64,000 nucleotides of DNA, taken from positions 224,001 through 288,000 of the forward strand of contig CAWBGA010000017.1 of assembly GCA_963788195.1 (NCBI GenBank). Reading direction: 5' to 3'. A model generated the notes under the pieces. It was not told the DNA's origin, searched no databases, and saw nothing but the letters and a program-made list of their open reading frames with translations. Each line of letters starts with the position of its first letter. The first letter of the stretch is position 1. The translations under genes and the position numbers were made by a program. The DNA comes from Nitrospirota bacterium. Lineage in GTDB: Bacteria; Nitrospirota; Nitrospiria; Nitrospirales; NS-4. Positions 44,078-55,250 of the stretch are shown here, piece after piece.

Positions 44078-45556
44078 TTACTGTGTGTCGATCTGCGCTC
44101 GCTGCAAGCGGCCACTGTAATCAACGTAGATCGTCTTCCATTCGCTGAACGTGTCGAGTGCGGCCTGTCCCGCCTCACGATGGCCATTGCCGGTCTGGCG
44201 CATTCCCCCAAACGGAAGGTGAACCTCACTCCCGATCGTGCCGGCGTTGACATAGATGATGGCCGTCTGAATATCTCTCATGGCCCGATACGCCCGATTG
44301 ATATCTTGGGTATAGATGGAAGTGGAGAGGCCATACTTGACGTCGTTATTGACCCGGATCGCTTCGTCCAGGTCCTTCACCTCGAGGATGGCGAGTACCG
44401 GCCCGAAGATTTCTTCCCGGGCGAGTTGCATCGCCGGCGTCACCTGGTCCAATAATGTGGGCTCGTAGAAATACCCTTTGGAAGAGGCGCTTTTGGAGAG
44501 CGTCTTCCCTCCCGTGAGGAGCCGCGCTCCTTCTTGCTGGCCAAGTTGCACACGTTCGTGAACACGTTCACGTTGTGCCTCATTGACTAATGGGCCCATC
44601 TCCGTTTCAGGCTCCAGACCATTACCGATCCGAAGTTTGGCCATGCGCGCAAGGAGTTTCTTCGTCAAGGCCTCCTTGACCGCCTCGTGCACGATGAGCC
44701 GGCTGCAGGCAGTGCACCGCTGGCCGGTTGTCCCATACGCGCTCCACACGATTCCATCCACCGCGAGGTCCAAGTCAGCATCGTCCATCACGATGATCGC
44801 ATTTTTGCCGCCCAACTCCAGCGCGACCCGCTTGTACCGCCGCGCCGCCTCTTCGGCGACTTTTCCCCCGGTGTGGGTTGACCCGGTAAAAGAAATCACG
44901 GAGACGTCTTCATGGCTGACAAGCCACTCGCCAAGCTTTGGGTTCTGCCCTAAGACAAGGTTCACTACGCCCGGCGGCATCCCGCAGTCCTCGAGCACCT
45001 TGACGAATCGCGCAGCACAGACCGGAGTCTCAGGAGATGGCTTTAGCACGACAGTATTGCCGAGAATCAGCGCCGGAAACATCTTCCAGGAGGGGATCGC
45101 AATCGGAAAGTTCCACGGGGTGATTAATCCCGCGACGCCCAGCGGTTCCCGCACGCATTGCGCCGCCTTGTCGGGAAGTTCCGAGGGGACCACCTGGCCG
45201 AACTGACGGCGTCCCTCAGCCCCCATGTAGTAGGCCATGTCGATCGCCTCTTGCACATCGCCCCGGCCTTCGGGCAGGACTTTGCCCATCTCGGAAGTCA
45301 CCGCACGCCCGAGTTCTTCCTTGTGCTGTATCAGTTGCTCAGCAACTCTAAAGAGAATCTCTCCGCGACGGGGCGCCGGAGTACGTCGCCACGGCTCAAA
45401 AGCTGTTCGCGCCGACGCCACGGCGGCGTTCAAATCATCAAACCCGGAATCTGCGCACTGACCAATCAACTCCCCTGTCGCCGGGTTCAGGCTGTCAAAA
45501 GTCTTTCCAGACTTGCTTGGAACCCATTGGCCGTCGATGAAGTTGTTATAGGTCAT
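44078..45556 (-). CDS. Aldehyde dehydrogenase
   Basis: ITPWNFP, FTGS, LELGGKN, GQRCT and EEIFGP motifs. Confidence 0.95.
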   Translation of the reverse strand: MTYNNFIDGQWVPSKSGKTFDSLNPATGELIGQCADSGFDDLNAAVASARTAFEPWRRTPAPRRGEILFRVAEQLIQHKEELGRAVTSEMGKVLPEGRGDVQEAIDMAYYMGAEGRRQFGQVVPSELPDKAAQCVREPLGVAGLITPWNFPIAIPSWKMFPALILGNTVVLKPSPETPVCAARFVKVLEDCGMPPGVVNLVLGQNPKLGEWLVSHEDVSVISFTGSTHTGGKVAEEAARRYKRVALELGGKNAIIVMDDADLDLAVDGIVWSAYGTTGQRCTACSRLIVHEAVKEALTKKLLARMAKLRIGNGLEPETEMGPLVNEAQRERVHERVQLGQQEGARLLTGGKTLSKSASSKGYFYEPTLLDQVTPAMQLAREEIFGPVLAILEVKDLDEAIRVNNDVKYGLSTSIYTQDINRAYRAMRDIQTAIIYVNAGTIGSEVHLPFGGMRQTGNGHREAGQAALDTFSEWKTIYVDYSGRLQRAQIDTQ

Positions 45557-46886
45557 TTTAGGACAGGCTTCCTTTTCCCTTGGGTCAGCACCCCTTCCAG
45601 CACGTTCAAGCCTTCATCGATCTCATCGCGCGTGATATTGAGCGGGGGACTGATACGAATTGAATTCCGGCCGCAGGGTAATAGAAGAAGACCCCGGGTG
45701 AAGGCCTCCCGAACAATATCATCCCGTTCTGCTTCGGCGCGTTCTTTCGTGTGTTGATCTCGAACGAGCTCGATCCCGATCATGAGCCCCCGGCCACGGA
45801 TATCGCCGATCCAAGGGGAACGGTGTTGCATCGCCCGCAATCTCTGCTGAATATACCCGCCCTGTTCTGCGGCGTTCCGCATCAGCCCTTCCTTCTCGAT
45901 GATATCGAGTGTCGCCAAGCTGGCTTCGCATGCCACTGGATTCCCGCCGAAAGTCGAGGTATGCGATCCCTTTTCCCAGGACACAATTTTCTTGCGGGCA
46001 ATGATAGCGCCAAGCGGGAGCCCGCCGCCGAGCGCTTTCGCCATGCAAATGATGTCAGGCACGACTTTGGCGTATTCAATGGCGAAGAATTTTCCCGTCC
46101 GCCCCATGCCGGCTTGCACCTCATCATCCACCAATAAGATTCCATGGCGGTCGCAGAGCCGGCGAAGACCAGTGAGAAACGAGTCAGGCGGGACAATGAC
46201 TCCTCCTTCGCCTTGGATCGGTTCCACAACGATGGCCGCGGTCTCCTCGGCCGGGAGCACGGTACGGAACAACACTTCTTCGATATGCTCTAAGCATTCC
46301 CGCCCCGGGTCCGAGGACCGGGCTGCGATAGGGGTACGGGTAATGGGCGTGAAAAACGCCGGGCAAGAGCGGCGAGAAACCGCGGCGCTGAACCGGTTTG
46401 CTCGAGGTCAGCGACACGGCGCCCAGCGTCCGTCCATGAAAGGCGTTGTAGAAGGCCAGGATGTAGGGACGTCGGGTGGCATGGCGCGCAAGCTTTACGG
46501 CCGCCTCGACTGCCTCCGCGCCGGAATTGCACAGATAGACCTGGTTCGGCGCCGCGGCCAGGGGCCATGCGCGCCAGCCGTTCGGCCAGGCGAATATAGG
46601 ACGGGTAATAAAAATCGGCGAAGGAGAAATGGATCAATCGACCGGCCTGAGCCGTAATCGCCCCGACGACCTCCTTATGACCGTGCCCGGCGGCGCTGAC
46701 GGCAATCCCCGCTGTAAAGTCGAGGTAGCAGTTCCCGTCGACGTCCCAGACATGACAACCAGCAGCGCGATCCACCACGAGCGGGTACGCCTGCGTGGCG
46801 GAAGGGGCGACATAGCGGTCGCTCCGTTTCAGGAAGGCCCGGGCTCGGGGGCCCGGAGGATGTGTCCGGATCTGTAGTGTCGGCAT
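45553..46886 (-). CDS. Class III PLP aminotransferase (GabT/ArgD-like), two frameshifts
   Basis: FHGRT (shifted frame), [26 protein letters not shown] and STFGGNP motifs. Confidence 0.9.
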
Positions 46887-46996
46887 CCTTGTTGGCCCTC
46901 GTGTACCCTACAATTACTCTACTGCGCGACTGGCATGAAGGCAAGTTTTCAGTCCCGTGAAACCACTTACCATCAGGCCATCGGACGAGGGCGTAA

Positions 46997-48850
46997 TTAG
47001 CTTCGTCTCAAGGCGGCAGCGATCTTGCGGGGGAGTGGATGTGGTCTCCAGCATTTCGAGAGGTAAAGGGAGCGCCAGCGACCAGTTCGGTCGTTCGGTA
47101 GTGGTGCCGGGAAGATTCGGGCGCTCCTCAACAGTAAGCGCATCATCAAGCGTCGCCATCACGAGCCTCGATGGCGCGGTCGCGAGGAGCCGATAGGTCC
47201 GCTCAACCACCTCGCTAGCCGGCGCACTCTTTTTGAGCCGCGTGCTCCTGCACAGACGCTGATAAATCTCTTTGTGACCCTCCTCGTTGGGTTTGAGACC
47301 GAGCCGTCGCTGTAGACGGAGATCCCTGCCGGTCCACAGACCTTTGATCGTGGGAAGGTCATGATTGGTAACGGCCGCAAGCGCCAGATCAGGAAACTGG
47401 CTCGGCGGAACTTTCTCGAACCATAGCAATCGGTAGGACAAAATACGGTGGCGTGCGAGTTGCTTTCGCATGCTTTCTTCGACCGTCCCCAGATCTTCGC
47501 CGACGACGACTGCGCCTGCGCGGTGACTTTCAAGCGCAAGAATCCTCAACAGATCCTTCGCGGCATAATTCACATATGCGCCCTGCTTGGCCGTCATTCC
47601 TTGCGGAATCCAGAACAATCGGAAGAGTCCCATCACATGATCAATGCGGAGTCCTCGTGCGTGACGCAATGTCGCGCGCACCGTCTCGATGAAGGGACCA
47701 TACGCGGCCGCACGCAATTTATATGGCACGAATGGCGGCAGGCCCCAATTCTGTCCGTCGGCGCTGAACTCATCTGGAGGAGCGCCCACCGCAGCGCCTT
47801 TGGCAAGCAAGTCTTGCCATGCCCAGGCATCCGCTCCACCGGGGTCAAATCCGATCGGCAGATCATGCATGAGCCCGATCGATCGGCCGGCTCTTCGCAC
47901 CTGTTCGTCGAGCAACCATTGCACCCACTCATGGAACCTCACCCGGGTGGCTTCTTTCTTTTGAAATTGCTTCACGTGCGAAGAAACGGGCTGTTGATAG
48001 GCCGCAGGCCATCGTCGCCAGTCTCGTCCGTGCCGCTCTGCCAGCGCGCAAAACGTCGCGAACTGCCTCAGGCCTTGGCCTTGACTCTTGCGGTACCGTT
48101 CAAAATCGAGATCTTCCCGAAACTGCGCCCACAAGTATAGCAAGGGCCCGCATCTTCAAGTCAAAGACGCGGTCGTAATCAATCTGCCGTTTTTTATTGA
48201 GTGCCAGCCCCGCCGAAAAAAGTCTCCGCAGCTTAGCGCTGGACCGCTTCGCCCCAGGAACCTCCTCAATCTTCAAATAGAGAATGTTCCAAAACCGTCG
48301 GGTGGTCGGAAAGTACGGGCTCGGCTCCTGGGGAACCACCGGGGCCGACGCGCGTAGCGGATTCAGGAGCAACCACTCGGCGCCTAATTCGCGTGCCGAC
48401 CATTCACCGAGGCGGCGCAAGTCGGCAAGATCGCCGATGCCCCAACTCTCTGAGGAGCGCGTGGCGTAGAGCTGAACAGCCCATCCCCAGGATCGTAATG
48501 TCTTGGGGAGGTAACAGTGTCCTGGAGTGACGATCAGCGTGGTCTCAGAGGCCGGGCGCAGCCAATGGAGTCGATGGTACCCCAGTGGCAAATCGCGTGG
48601 AAGCGCGTCGCGAACGAGAACCGTTCCGCCGTTTTCAAGAATCAGTTCGGCTCGTCCCTCGATCGGCACATGCTGACCTTCCCTGATGACCCATACCGCC
48701 TTCTTGGCCGATCGCATCGCGGCTTCGGAACGGTGGTCCCGTAACATCCATCGCCTCCAATATCGCACGGCGAGTCTCATGGCTGATGCCATGCCGGACC
48801 TGGTGAACATCCATATAGGAAGACTGGATGCCCCATTGATCAGCACTCAC
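46997..48850 (-). CDS. malQ: 4-alpha-glucanotransferase (GH77), frameshifted
   Basis: WGIGDL, GAPPD, LRIDHVMG, GEDLG, HD and NLPGT...NW motifs; end inferred. Confidence 0.92.
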
Positions 48851-48992
48851 TTTTCATCAGCTCCTCCCCGCCGCATCGTATTGATGCCACCTTGCAGAAG
48901 GCTGCGAATGCCTCGCAATAGTGAAAAGGGGCTAAGCCAGAATCCTAGAAGGTCTCCGCCACGAGCTTCAAGAAGAATTGGGGTAGTAACCC

Positions 48993-49031
48993 TTGACAGG
49001 GCAGCAATCGCTATGTAACCATTGGTTACAT
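48993..49031 (+). promoter_or_regulatory. -35 TTGACA followed by the perfect palindrome ATGTAACCA-T-TGGTTACAT
   Basis: Seen directly in the divergent malQ/repressor intergenic region. Confidence 0.6.
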
Positions 49032-49317
49032 GACACGGACTTGTCCCATTACACCCGCCCACTCCTGAAATCTTATTTCACCCACCGCCCCAAGCCTGCC
49101 AAGACAGGCTTTTGTCCCGTGGGACAGATTCCTTTTCCCCTGCACACCCTCCATTCCACCCAGCCCACCCCGACCTCGCCATTGCACCCGCCCACCAAGC
49201 AGAGCTTGCTCGACCCGAAGGCCCGATGATTACTTAAGGCCGCCGGGGAACCTTCTTTCTTTCTTTAATCTTCGTCACACCGCCCACCCCGGCCGCGCCG
49301 AGACACGGGCTTGTCCC
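49032..49317 (+). repeat. Three GACA-N6-TGTCCC motifs with C-rich modules
   Basis: Copies at 49032, 49103 and 49302. Confidence 0.8.
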
Positions 49318-49318
49318 G

Positions 49319-49864
49319 ATGACCCGTTCTGAATTCAAGAAAATGAGACGAGAGCAGCTCGGCCTTACCCAAGAAGAACTGGCGAGGCGGCTAGGAACGA
49401 CACGCATGACCATTACCCGATACGAAGCTGGAACTCGTCGGATCTCGGGGGTCGTGCAGATAGCACTGAAGCAGCTGTGCGCCTCTTCTCACATTACGAT
49501 GGCCGGCATTGTCGCAGCAGGCGCTCCAATCGAGCCGATCTTACAGACTGAAATGGTGGACGTGCCACCGTCGATGGCTCGGAGCGGTGAGAACTTCGGC
49601 CTGCGTGTAAAGGGAGAGTCCATGCGCGACGAAGGCATTTTGCCTGGTGACATTGTGATCGTCCATAAGCAGGCGACCGCGCGCAACGGGCAGACGATAT
49701 TGGCCCTGGTGAATCAGGAAGCGACGATCAAAAAGTACTACCGCAAAGGAGCGCGGGTGGAATTACATCCTGCCAATGCAGAAATGAAGCCGATTATCGT
49801 GACTTCTGAGGATGATTTTCGGATTCAAGGAATCGTCATTGGACTGATCCGCTATTGTGAGTAA
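49319..49864 (+). CDS. LexA-like repressor with XRE-type HTH and S24 peptidase
   Basis: LTQEELARRLG...TRYE HTH; AAG cleavage site; GESM Ser; ATIKK Lys. Confidence 0.9.
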   Translation: MTRSEFKKMRREQLGLTQEELARRLGTTRMTITRYEAGTRRISGVVQIALKQLCASSHITMAGIVAAGAPIEPILQTEMVDVPPSMARSGENFGLRVKGESMRDEGILPGDIVIVHKQATARNGQTILALVNQEATIKKYYRKGARVELHPANAEMKPIIVTSEDDFRIQGIVIGLIRYCE

Positions 49865-49988
49865 CGGCCTGCTGAAAAAGCCCTCCAGCGGCGTTCTCAG
49901 TCGCTCGAACCCCTCAACGTACAGAAAAAGTACGCCTCGGGGACCTCGCTTCTTGCGGCCTTGCCGGCGACCTTTTTGACCAGGCCGT
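49864..49988. repeat. ~125-bp MITE/REP-like palindromic interspersed element
   Basis: Terminal IRs ACGGCCTGCTGAAAAAG / CTTTTTGACCAGGCCGT and an internal CGTAC...GTACG; resembles repeats I recall from Nitrospira genomes. Confidence 0.75.
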
Positions 49989-49997
49989 GGAGAATTA

Positions 49998-51187
49998 ATG
50001 GATCGGCAGATCGTGTGTTATCAGATTCCTGCCTTTGAAATCGCGGTTGCGCGTCTTCAGGATGCTTCGCTTCGCGATCGGCCGGTCGCGGTCGTACCGT
50101 CGCGCACACCTCGCGCTCTCATCCATCAAGTTTCGAGCGAGGCGAAGCACGAGGGGCTGTCTCCAGGGATGTCGCTGGACTATGCCCGTCGGCTGTGTCC
50201 CACCTTGCGGGTGCTGCCGACCGACCCTGTTCGCGTTCAGGTAGCGCAGCAAGGCCTTCTGGAAGTGATCGGCCGCTTTGCTCCGGTTTGGGAGGCGCTG
50301 CGTCCCGGCCATCTCTTCTTGGATCTCACCGGAACGACGAGGCTCTTTGGCCCCGCCGTCGATGCCGCCGCCCGGATCGAGCGTGAAGTCATTCACCGAT
50401 ATGGATTGCCGGGTGCGATGGGCATCGGGAGCAATAAACTGGTGTCACGCGTGGCCGCCGCTGTTATGCAGCCTCCGCAACTCTGTGATGTTCGCGCGGG
50501 CTCCGAAGGGATATTCTTTTCACCCTTGCCGGTGACGGTGCTCCCCGGGATTGGGTCGATCCTCAGCAAACACGGTACTGATGCTTCTGCAAGATCTCAA
50601 TCTTCGCACCTTGGGAGAGATCGCGGAGATTCCCTTGCCTCAGCTGGCGGTGGCATTCGGACGTCAGGCGGCGCTCCTTCATCGCTGGGCCAACGGAATT
50701 GACTCCTCACCGGTCCTGCCTGCCGTTCAGCGTCCCATTGTGGAGATCTCCCGGGTCCTTGACGCCGGATGCGGTGGATGACGGAGAGCTCCTCGCACGC
50801 CTATACGGTCTTCTAGAAGAACTTTGCCGAACACTGCGACGCCAGCAGCGGGTCTGCCGGCGCCTCGCGCTCAGTCTGTGGCACAGCGATCATGTGGAAG
50901 TCAGCCGGCATCGCACGTTTGCAGTCGGCAGCTATTGGGAGGCGCAAATGTTTCCTTATCTAAAAGAACTGTTCTTTGGTTGTTTCAAGCGACGGGTCCG
51001 CATTCGCAGAATGGCGCTTCGCGCGGAAGCCCTGGCGCCTCCCGAAGAGCAGTTGTCGCTGTTTGACCTGGACCCATCCGAGAACCAAAAACAAAAACGT
51101 ATGCAACGCCTTTCCCTCGCACTAGATTGCTTGCGCGAACGCTTTGGCCCCCACACCCTTTATTGGGGCTCAAAAGGCACCCACTGA
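49998..51187 (+). CDS. Y-family polymerase-like protein (ImuB-like, probably catalytically inactive), frameshifted
   Basis: Y-family fold motifs with the catalytic acids replaced (YQIPAF, RPGHLFLD); clamp-binding motif QLSLF. Confidence 0.85.
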
Positions 51188-51189
51188 TC

Positions 51190-54100
51190 ATGTCCTTCGT
51201 CCATCTGCATGTCCATTCCGACTATTCACCGATGGAAGGCGTCTCATCACTCAAGGAACTCTGCGAGACCGCGCGAGCGCACGGAGCCGACACCCTTGCA
51301 TTAACCGATACGAATGGCCTTTACGGGGCGATTCGATTTCTTGAAATCGCCAAAGAGACGGGGCTGCGGCCGATCCTGGGCGCGGAAGTGAGCACACCGG
51401 GCCAGACAGCCCCTGAAGCCCGCCTCTGTTTCTCACCGGGCGGTGCTGCTGGTAAAAAATCGCAGAGGGCTATGCAAATCTCTGTCGGTTGCTCTCGGCG
51501 AGGCATTGCGATGACGACTTCGATCTGATCTCGGCAGTCGCGCGGTATCGGGACGGATTAATCATTCTCTCGGACGATCAGCCGGCGCTCACAGCCTGGA
51601 AAAAACAATCGTCTGCGGACCTGTATGTCGAGTTGACCCCCGGAGCGATGATGCACCAGGCGCTGGCCTTTAGCCGCCGGGCCGAGCTTCCGCCTGTCGG
51701 GCACGAACCGAGTGCGTTTTGTGGCCCCGCATCAGTTCCATCTGCACCGGCTGCTCCGGACCATCGCGTTGAACACGACGCTCTCTCGGCTGCCGCCTGA
51801 CGCCTGCTGCGCTCCGACGCATTGGCTGGCTCCTGTCTCGACCTTGGCCGGTTACTATCCCCACGTTCCACACGCACTCGAAAACACGCGCCGGATCGCG
51901 GACGACTGTCGGACGGACTGGAATTTTCGGGACACTGTCTTTCCAGCCTTTCGGCAGTTGACCGACGAGGGCGCGTTCACAAAGCTCGAGGGAAAAACCT
52001 ATGCGGGCGCGGCATGGCGCTATGGCACTGTGTCACAGGCCCGTGAAAGATCGCATCGACCATGAGCTCGCGATCATTCGGCAAAAGCGCTTCGCCCATT
52101 ACTTCCTGGTGGTGGAGGAAATTGTCCAGGGCCGCGCCTCGGACATGCGGCAGAGGATCCGTGGCCGCCTCGATCGTGTCCTACTGTTTGGGGATCACCC
52201 ATGTGGATCCTCTGAAGCATCACCTGTTTTTCGAGCGATTCTTGAATCCGGGCCGCCGTGATCCGCCGGATATCGATATTGATTTTCCCTGGGATGAACG
52301 CGACCACATCCTGGATGGGATCTTCGACCGGTACGGGGCGCAGCGGGCCGCAATGGTGGCGAATCAAAACAGCTTAGGCTTCCGCGCAGCCGTTCGTGAA
52401 GTGGCAAAAGTCTATGGCATTGCGCCTGCCGAGATTGCGCAGGTCGCACCCCGCATCATGCGGCAGATGGATGTCCTGGAGCTCGCCGAAAGCCATGCTG
52501 CGCGCGCCTGGGCCGAGTCTCTCTGCAAGGAGATGAGCCTCAAAGCGCCCTGGCCGGAGATTCTTGATCTCGCGGTGCGGGCGCAGGGACACTTCCGGCA
52601 CCTCTCGCTTCACTCCGGCGGGGTGGTCATCGTCCCGGACGAGATCCGCCGGTACGTGCCGGTGGAAGTCTCGGCCAAGGGATTGCCGGTGATTCAGTGG
52701 GAGAAGGATCAGACCGAAGACGCCGGGCTCGTCAAGATCGATATCCTGGGCAACCGCTCGCTGGCAGTCATCCGCGACGCCCTGGCTGCCATCGCCCGCA
52801 ATACCGGCCGGCAGATCGACTACCGCACCTGGGATCCGATTCCCGATGCCTCCGACTCAAGAGCTGATCCGTCGCGGAGATACCATGGGATGCTTCTATA
52901 TCGAATCGCCGGCAACGCGTTTGTTGCTGAGAAAACTTTGGACCGGCATGCCACCGGAACGCCGGGCCTCTGCCGACGTGTTCGAGTATTTGGTCATTGT
53001 GTCGTCCCTGGTCAGACCCGCGGCGATCTCATTTGTGCATGAATTCATCCGGCGGGCGCACGGCGAGCCGTTCGAGCCACTCCATCCCGTTTTACGGGAA
53101 GTGCTCAGCGAAACATACGGAATTATGGTGTACCAGGAAGACGTCACGAAAGTCGCCATGGCGCTCGCCGGCTTTACGGTTGAAGACGCGGATGAACTCC
53201 GAAAGGTCATCAGTAAAAAGCACAAAGAAAAGCAGCTTCGCGATTATTGCCAGCAATTTTATGACGGCGCCGGCAAGAACGGCGCCTCGCGCGCCGTGAT
53301 TGACGCGATTTGGGCGATGATCATGAGCTTTGCCGGATACAGCTTCTGCAAGCCCCATTCCGCCAGTTACGCCCAGGTCTCTTTCAAGTCCGCCTACCTG
53401 CGCGCTCACTATCCCGCCGAGTTCATGGCGGCCGTCATCAGCAACGAGGGCGGCTATTACTCGGCCTTCGCCTACCTGTCGGAAGCGCGGCGCATGGGCC
53501 TCACGATCCTGCCTCCGGATGTCAACAGCAGCGACTGGGCCTACATAGGAAGCGGCCGGACCATCCGCGTCGGATTGATGCAGGTCAAGACGCTCGCGCG
53601 CGCCCTGGTCGAGCGGCTGATCACAGAACGCTCGCGTGGCGGGCCTTTTCGGTCATTTCATGATTTCTTAAAACGGGTACAGCCCGAACCAGCGCAGGCC
53701 AGGACATTGATTAGGGCCGGTTGCTGCGACTCGATCGCCGGGGAACTGACACGGCCGGCGTTGCTCTGGCGGCTGCATGGGCGGAGGAGCATGACTCGCC
53801 TCTGATCCAGTAGACGGACAGGCGCTCTCCCCATTCCGGAGGAATATTCCGCAAACCAGATCCTCCAGCATGAGATCGAGTTACTGGGGTTTCCGCTCAG
53901 TCTGCATCCCCTAGAGCTCTATCGCTCTGTTCTTCAGAAGATTCAGTACGTGCCGGCTATTGAGATGCGCAGCCACGTTGGCCGCGCCGTCACGATGATC
54001 GGATGGCTGATCACCGAGAAAATGGCCCAGACCCGCGATGGAGATCCAATGGAATTCATCACTCTCGAAGATACGACGGCCCTCTACGATGCGACGTTGT

Positions 54101-54318
54101 TTCCGGCAGTGTATCGCCGGGTCTGCCAGCTTCTGACCCCGGACCAGCCCTATCTCTTACGCGGTCGCGTTGAAGAGGAGTTCGGCGTCGCCACTTTAAC
54201 CGTTGATGACCTGCGACGTCTGAATGACAGCTCCGCCGCTCCCCTCCAAAAAGAGCACTGCTTTACAGCCGACGCCATGCTAAGTTTTGACCATGGGGAG
54301 GATGCCGAGTTCGCCTGA
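51190..54318 (+). CDS. dnaE2: Error-prone DNA polymerase III alpha (DnaE2-like), multiple frameshifts
   Basis: HLHVHSDYS PHP domain, RGSVAAS, PDIDIDF, KIDILG, GYSFCKPH and a C-terminal OB fold. Confidence 0.88.
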
Positions 54319-54324
54319 CGATCG

Positions 54325-54434
54325 ATTGCACCCGCCATTTCACCCGCCGCCCCGGCCCCTGCCAAGACAGGGTCCCTGTCCCGCGACACCACCGCCGCCC
54401 CGCCCGCCAAGACAGGCCGCTGTCCCGTGGAACA
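54325..54434 (+). repeat. Two GACA-N6/7-TGTCCC motifs with C-rich modules
   Basis: Copies at 54366 and 54411; similar to 49076-49126. Confidence 0.8.
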
Positions 54435-55094
54435 TGATTCCCGTCTCCCGAGCGAGATCTGCTGCGGACTTTCTGCCACCCGCACTGACACTGCCGGCCT
54501 TGAAAAAAGCGGCGGCCGACTGTAAGGGCTGCGATCTCTATAAGCGCGCGACTCAGACCGTCTTTGGTGAAGGTCCGAAGAAGACTTCCGTTGTCTTGGT
54601 GGGAGAACAACCGGGGGACCAGGAAGATAAGATGGGACGGCCGTTTGTCGGTCCCGCCGGGGGAATACTGAGGAAGGCGCTCGAGGAGGCCGGTATCCCC
54701 GTGACCTCGGTATATGTGACGAACGCTGTAAAACATTTCAAATGGGAACCTCAAGGAAATCGGCGAAAACATAAAAAACCCCTGGCCAGTGAGATCGCCG
54801 CCTGCCGCCCCTGGCTCATCGCTGAACTGAAGCTGACGCAACCAAAAATCGTCGTGTGCCTCGGGGTAACGGCGACTCAATCCCTGCTGGGCCGGCCCAA
54901 TCCGTCTCGCCGACGAGCGAGGCAAATTTCTCATGAGCGCATTGGGTCGTGAGGTCTTTATTACCATCCATCCCTCCGCCGTGCTTCGGCATCCCGAAAG
55001 AGAGCAGCAAAAGCTTGAATATGCGCGCTTGGTGAGCGATCTGGCGTTGGTTCAGGCAAAGCTTTCAGAAGCTGAACGAGACCCTCCCTCTTAG
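54434..55094 (+). CDS. udgX: UdgX-family uracil-DNA binding protein (C-terminal frameshift)
   Basis: CxxC, GEQPG, NAVKHFK, RRKHKKP loop, and TIHPSAVLR in a shifted frame. Confidence 0.85.
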
Positions 55095-55250
55095 TGAGTT
55101 CTCTCATCGATGACATTTGTGAGCCAGCCCTGCGCCCAGCACACGTGGACAATTCCCCTGCGATCTCATGATTTTTGTACATTGTAGGGCAGGCGATCTG
55201 CTGTTAAGAACAGCTGCAGGTTCACTTACGGCTCTTAAAGGAGGTAACGA

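Noticed and set aside
49140..49175. G-quadruplex on the minus strand
   Set aside because: One loop is long, and the C-richness is explained by the repeat modules.
49032..49317. CRISPR-like array from the recurring GACA/TGTCCC units
   Set aside because: The repeats are degenerate and irregularly spaced, the spacers are low-complexity, and there are no cas genes.
49319..49864. Prophage CI repressor marking a prophage
   Set aside because: There is no integrase, structural or replication gene nearby, and the neighbours are repair genes.
51190..54318. dnaE2 as a split or intein-containing gene, or a pseudogene
   Set aside because: No intein motifs are visible, the fragments are colinear at normal total length, and the indel pattern matches the rest of the window.
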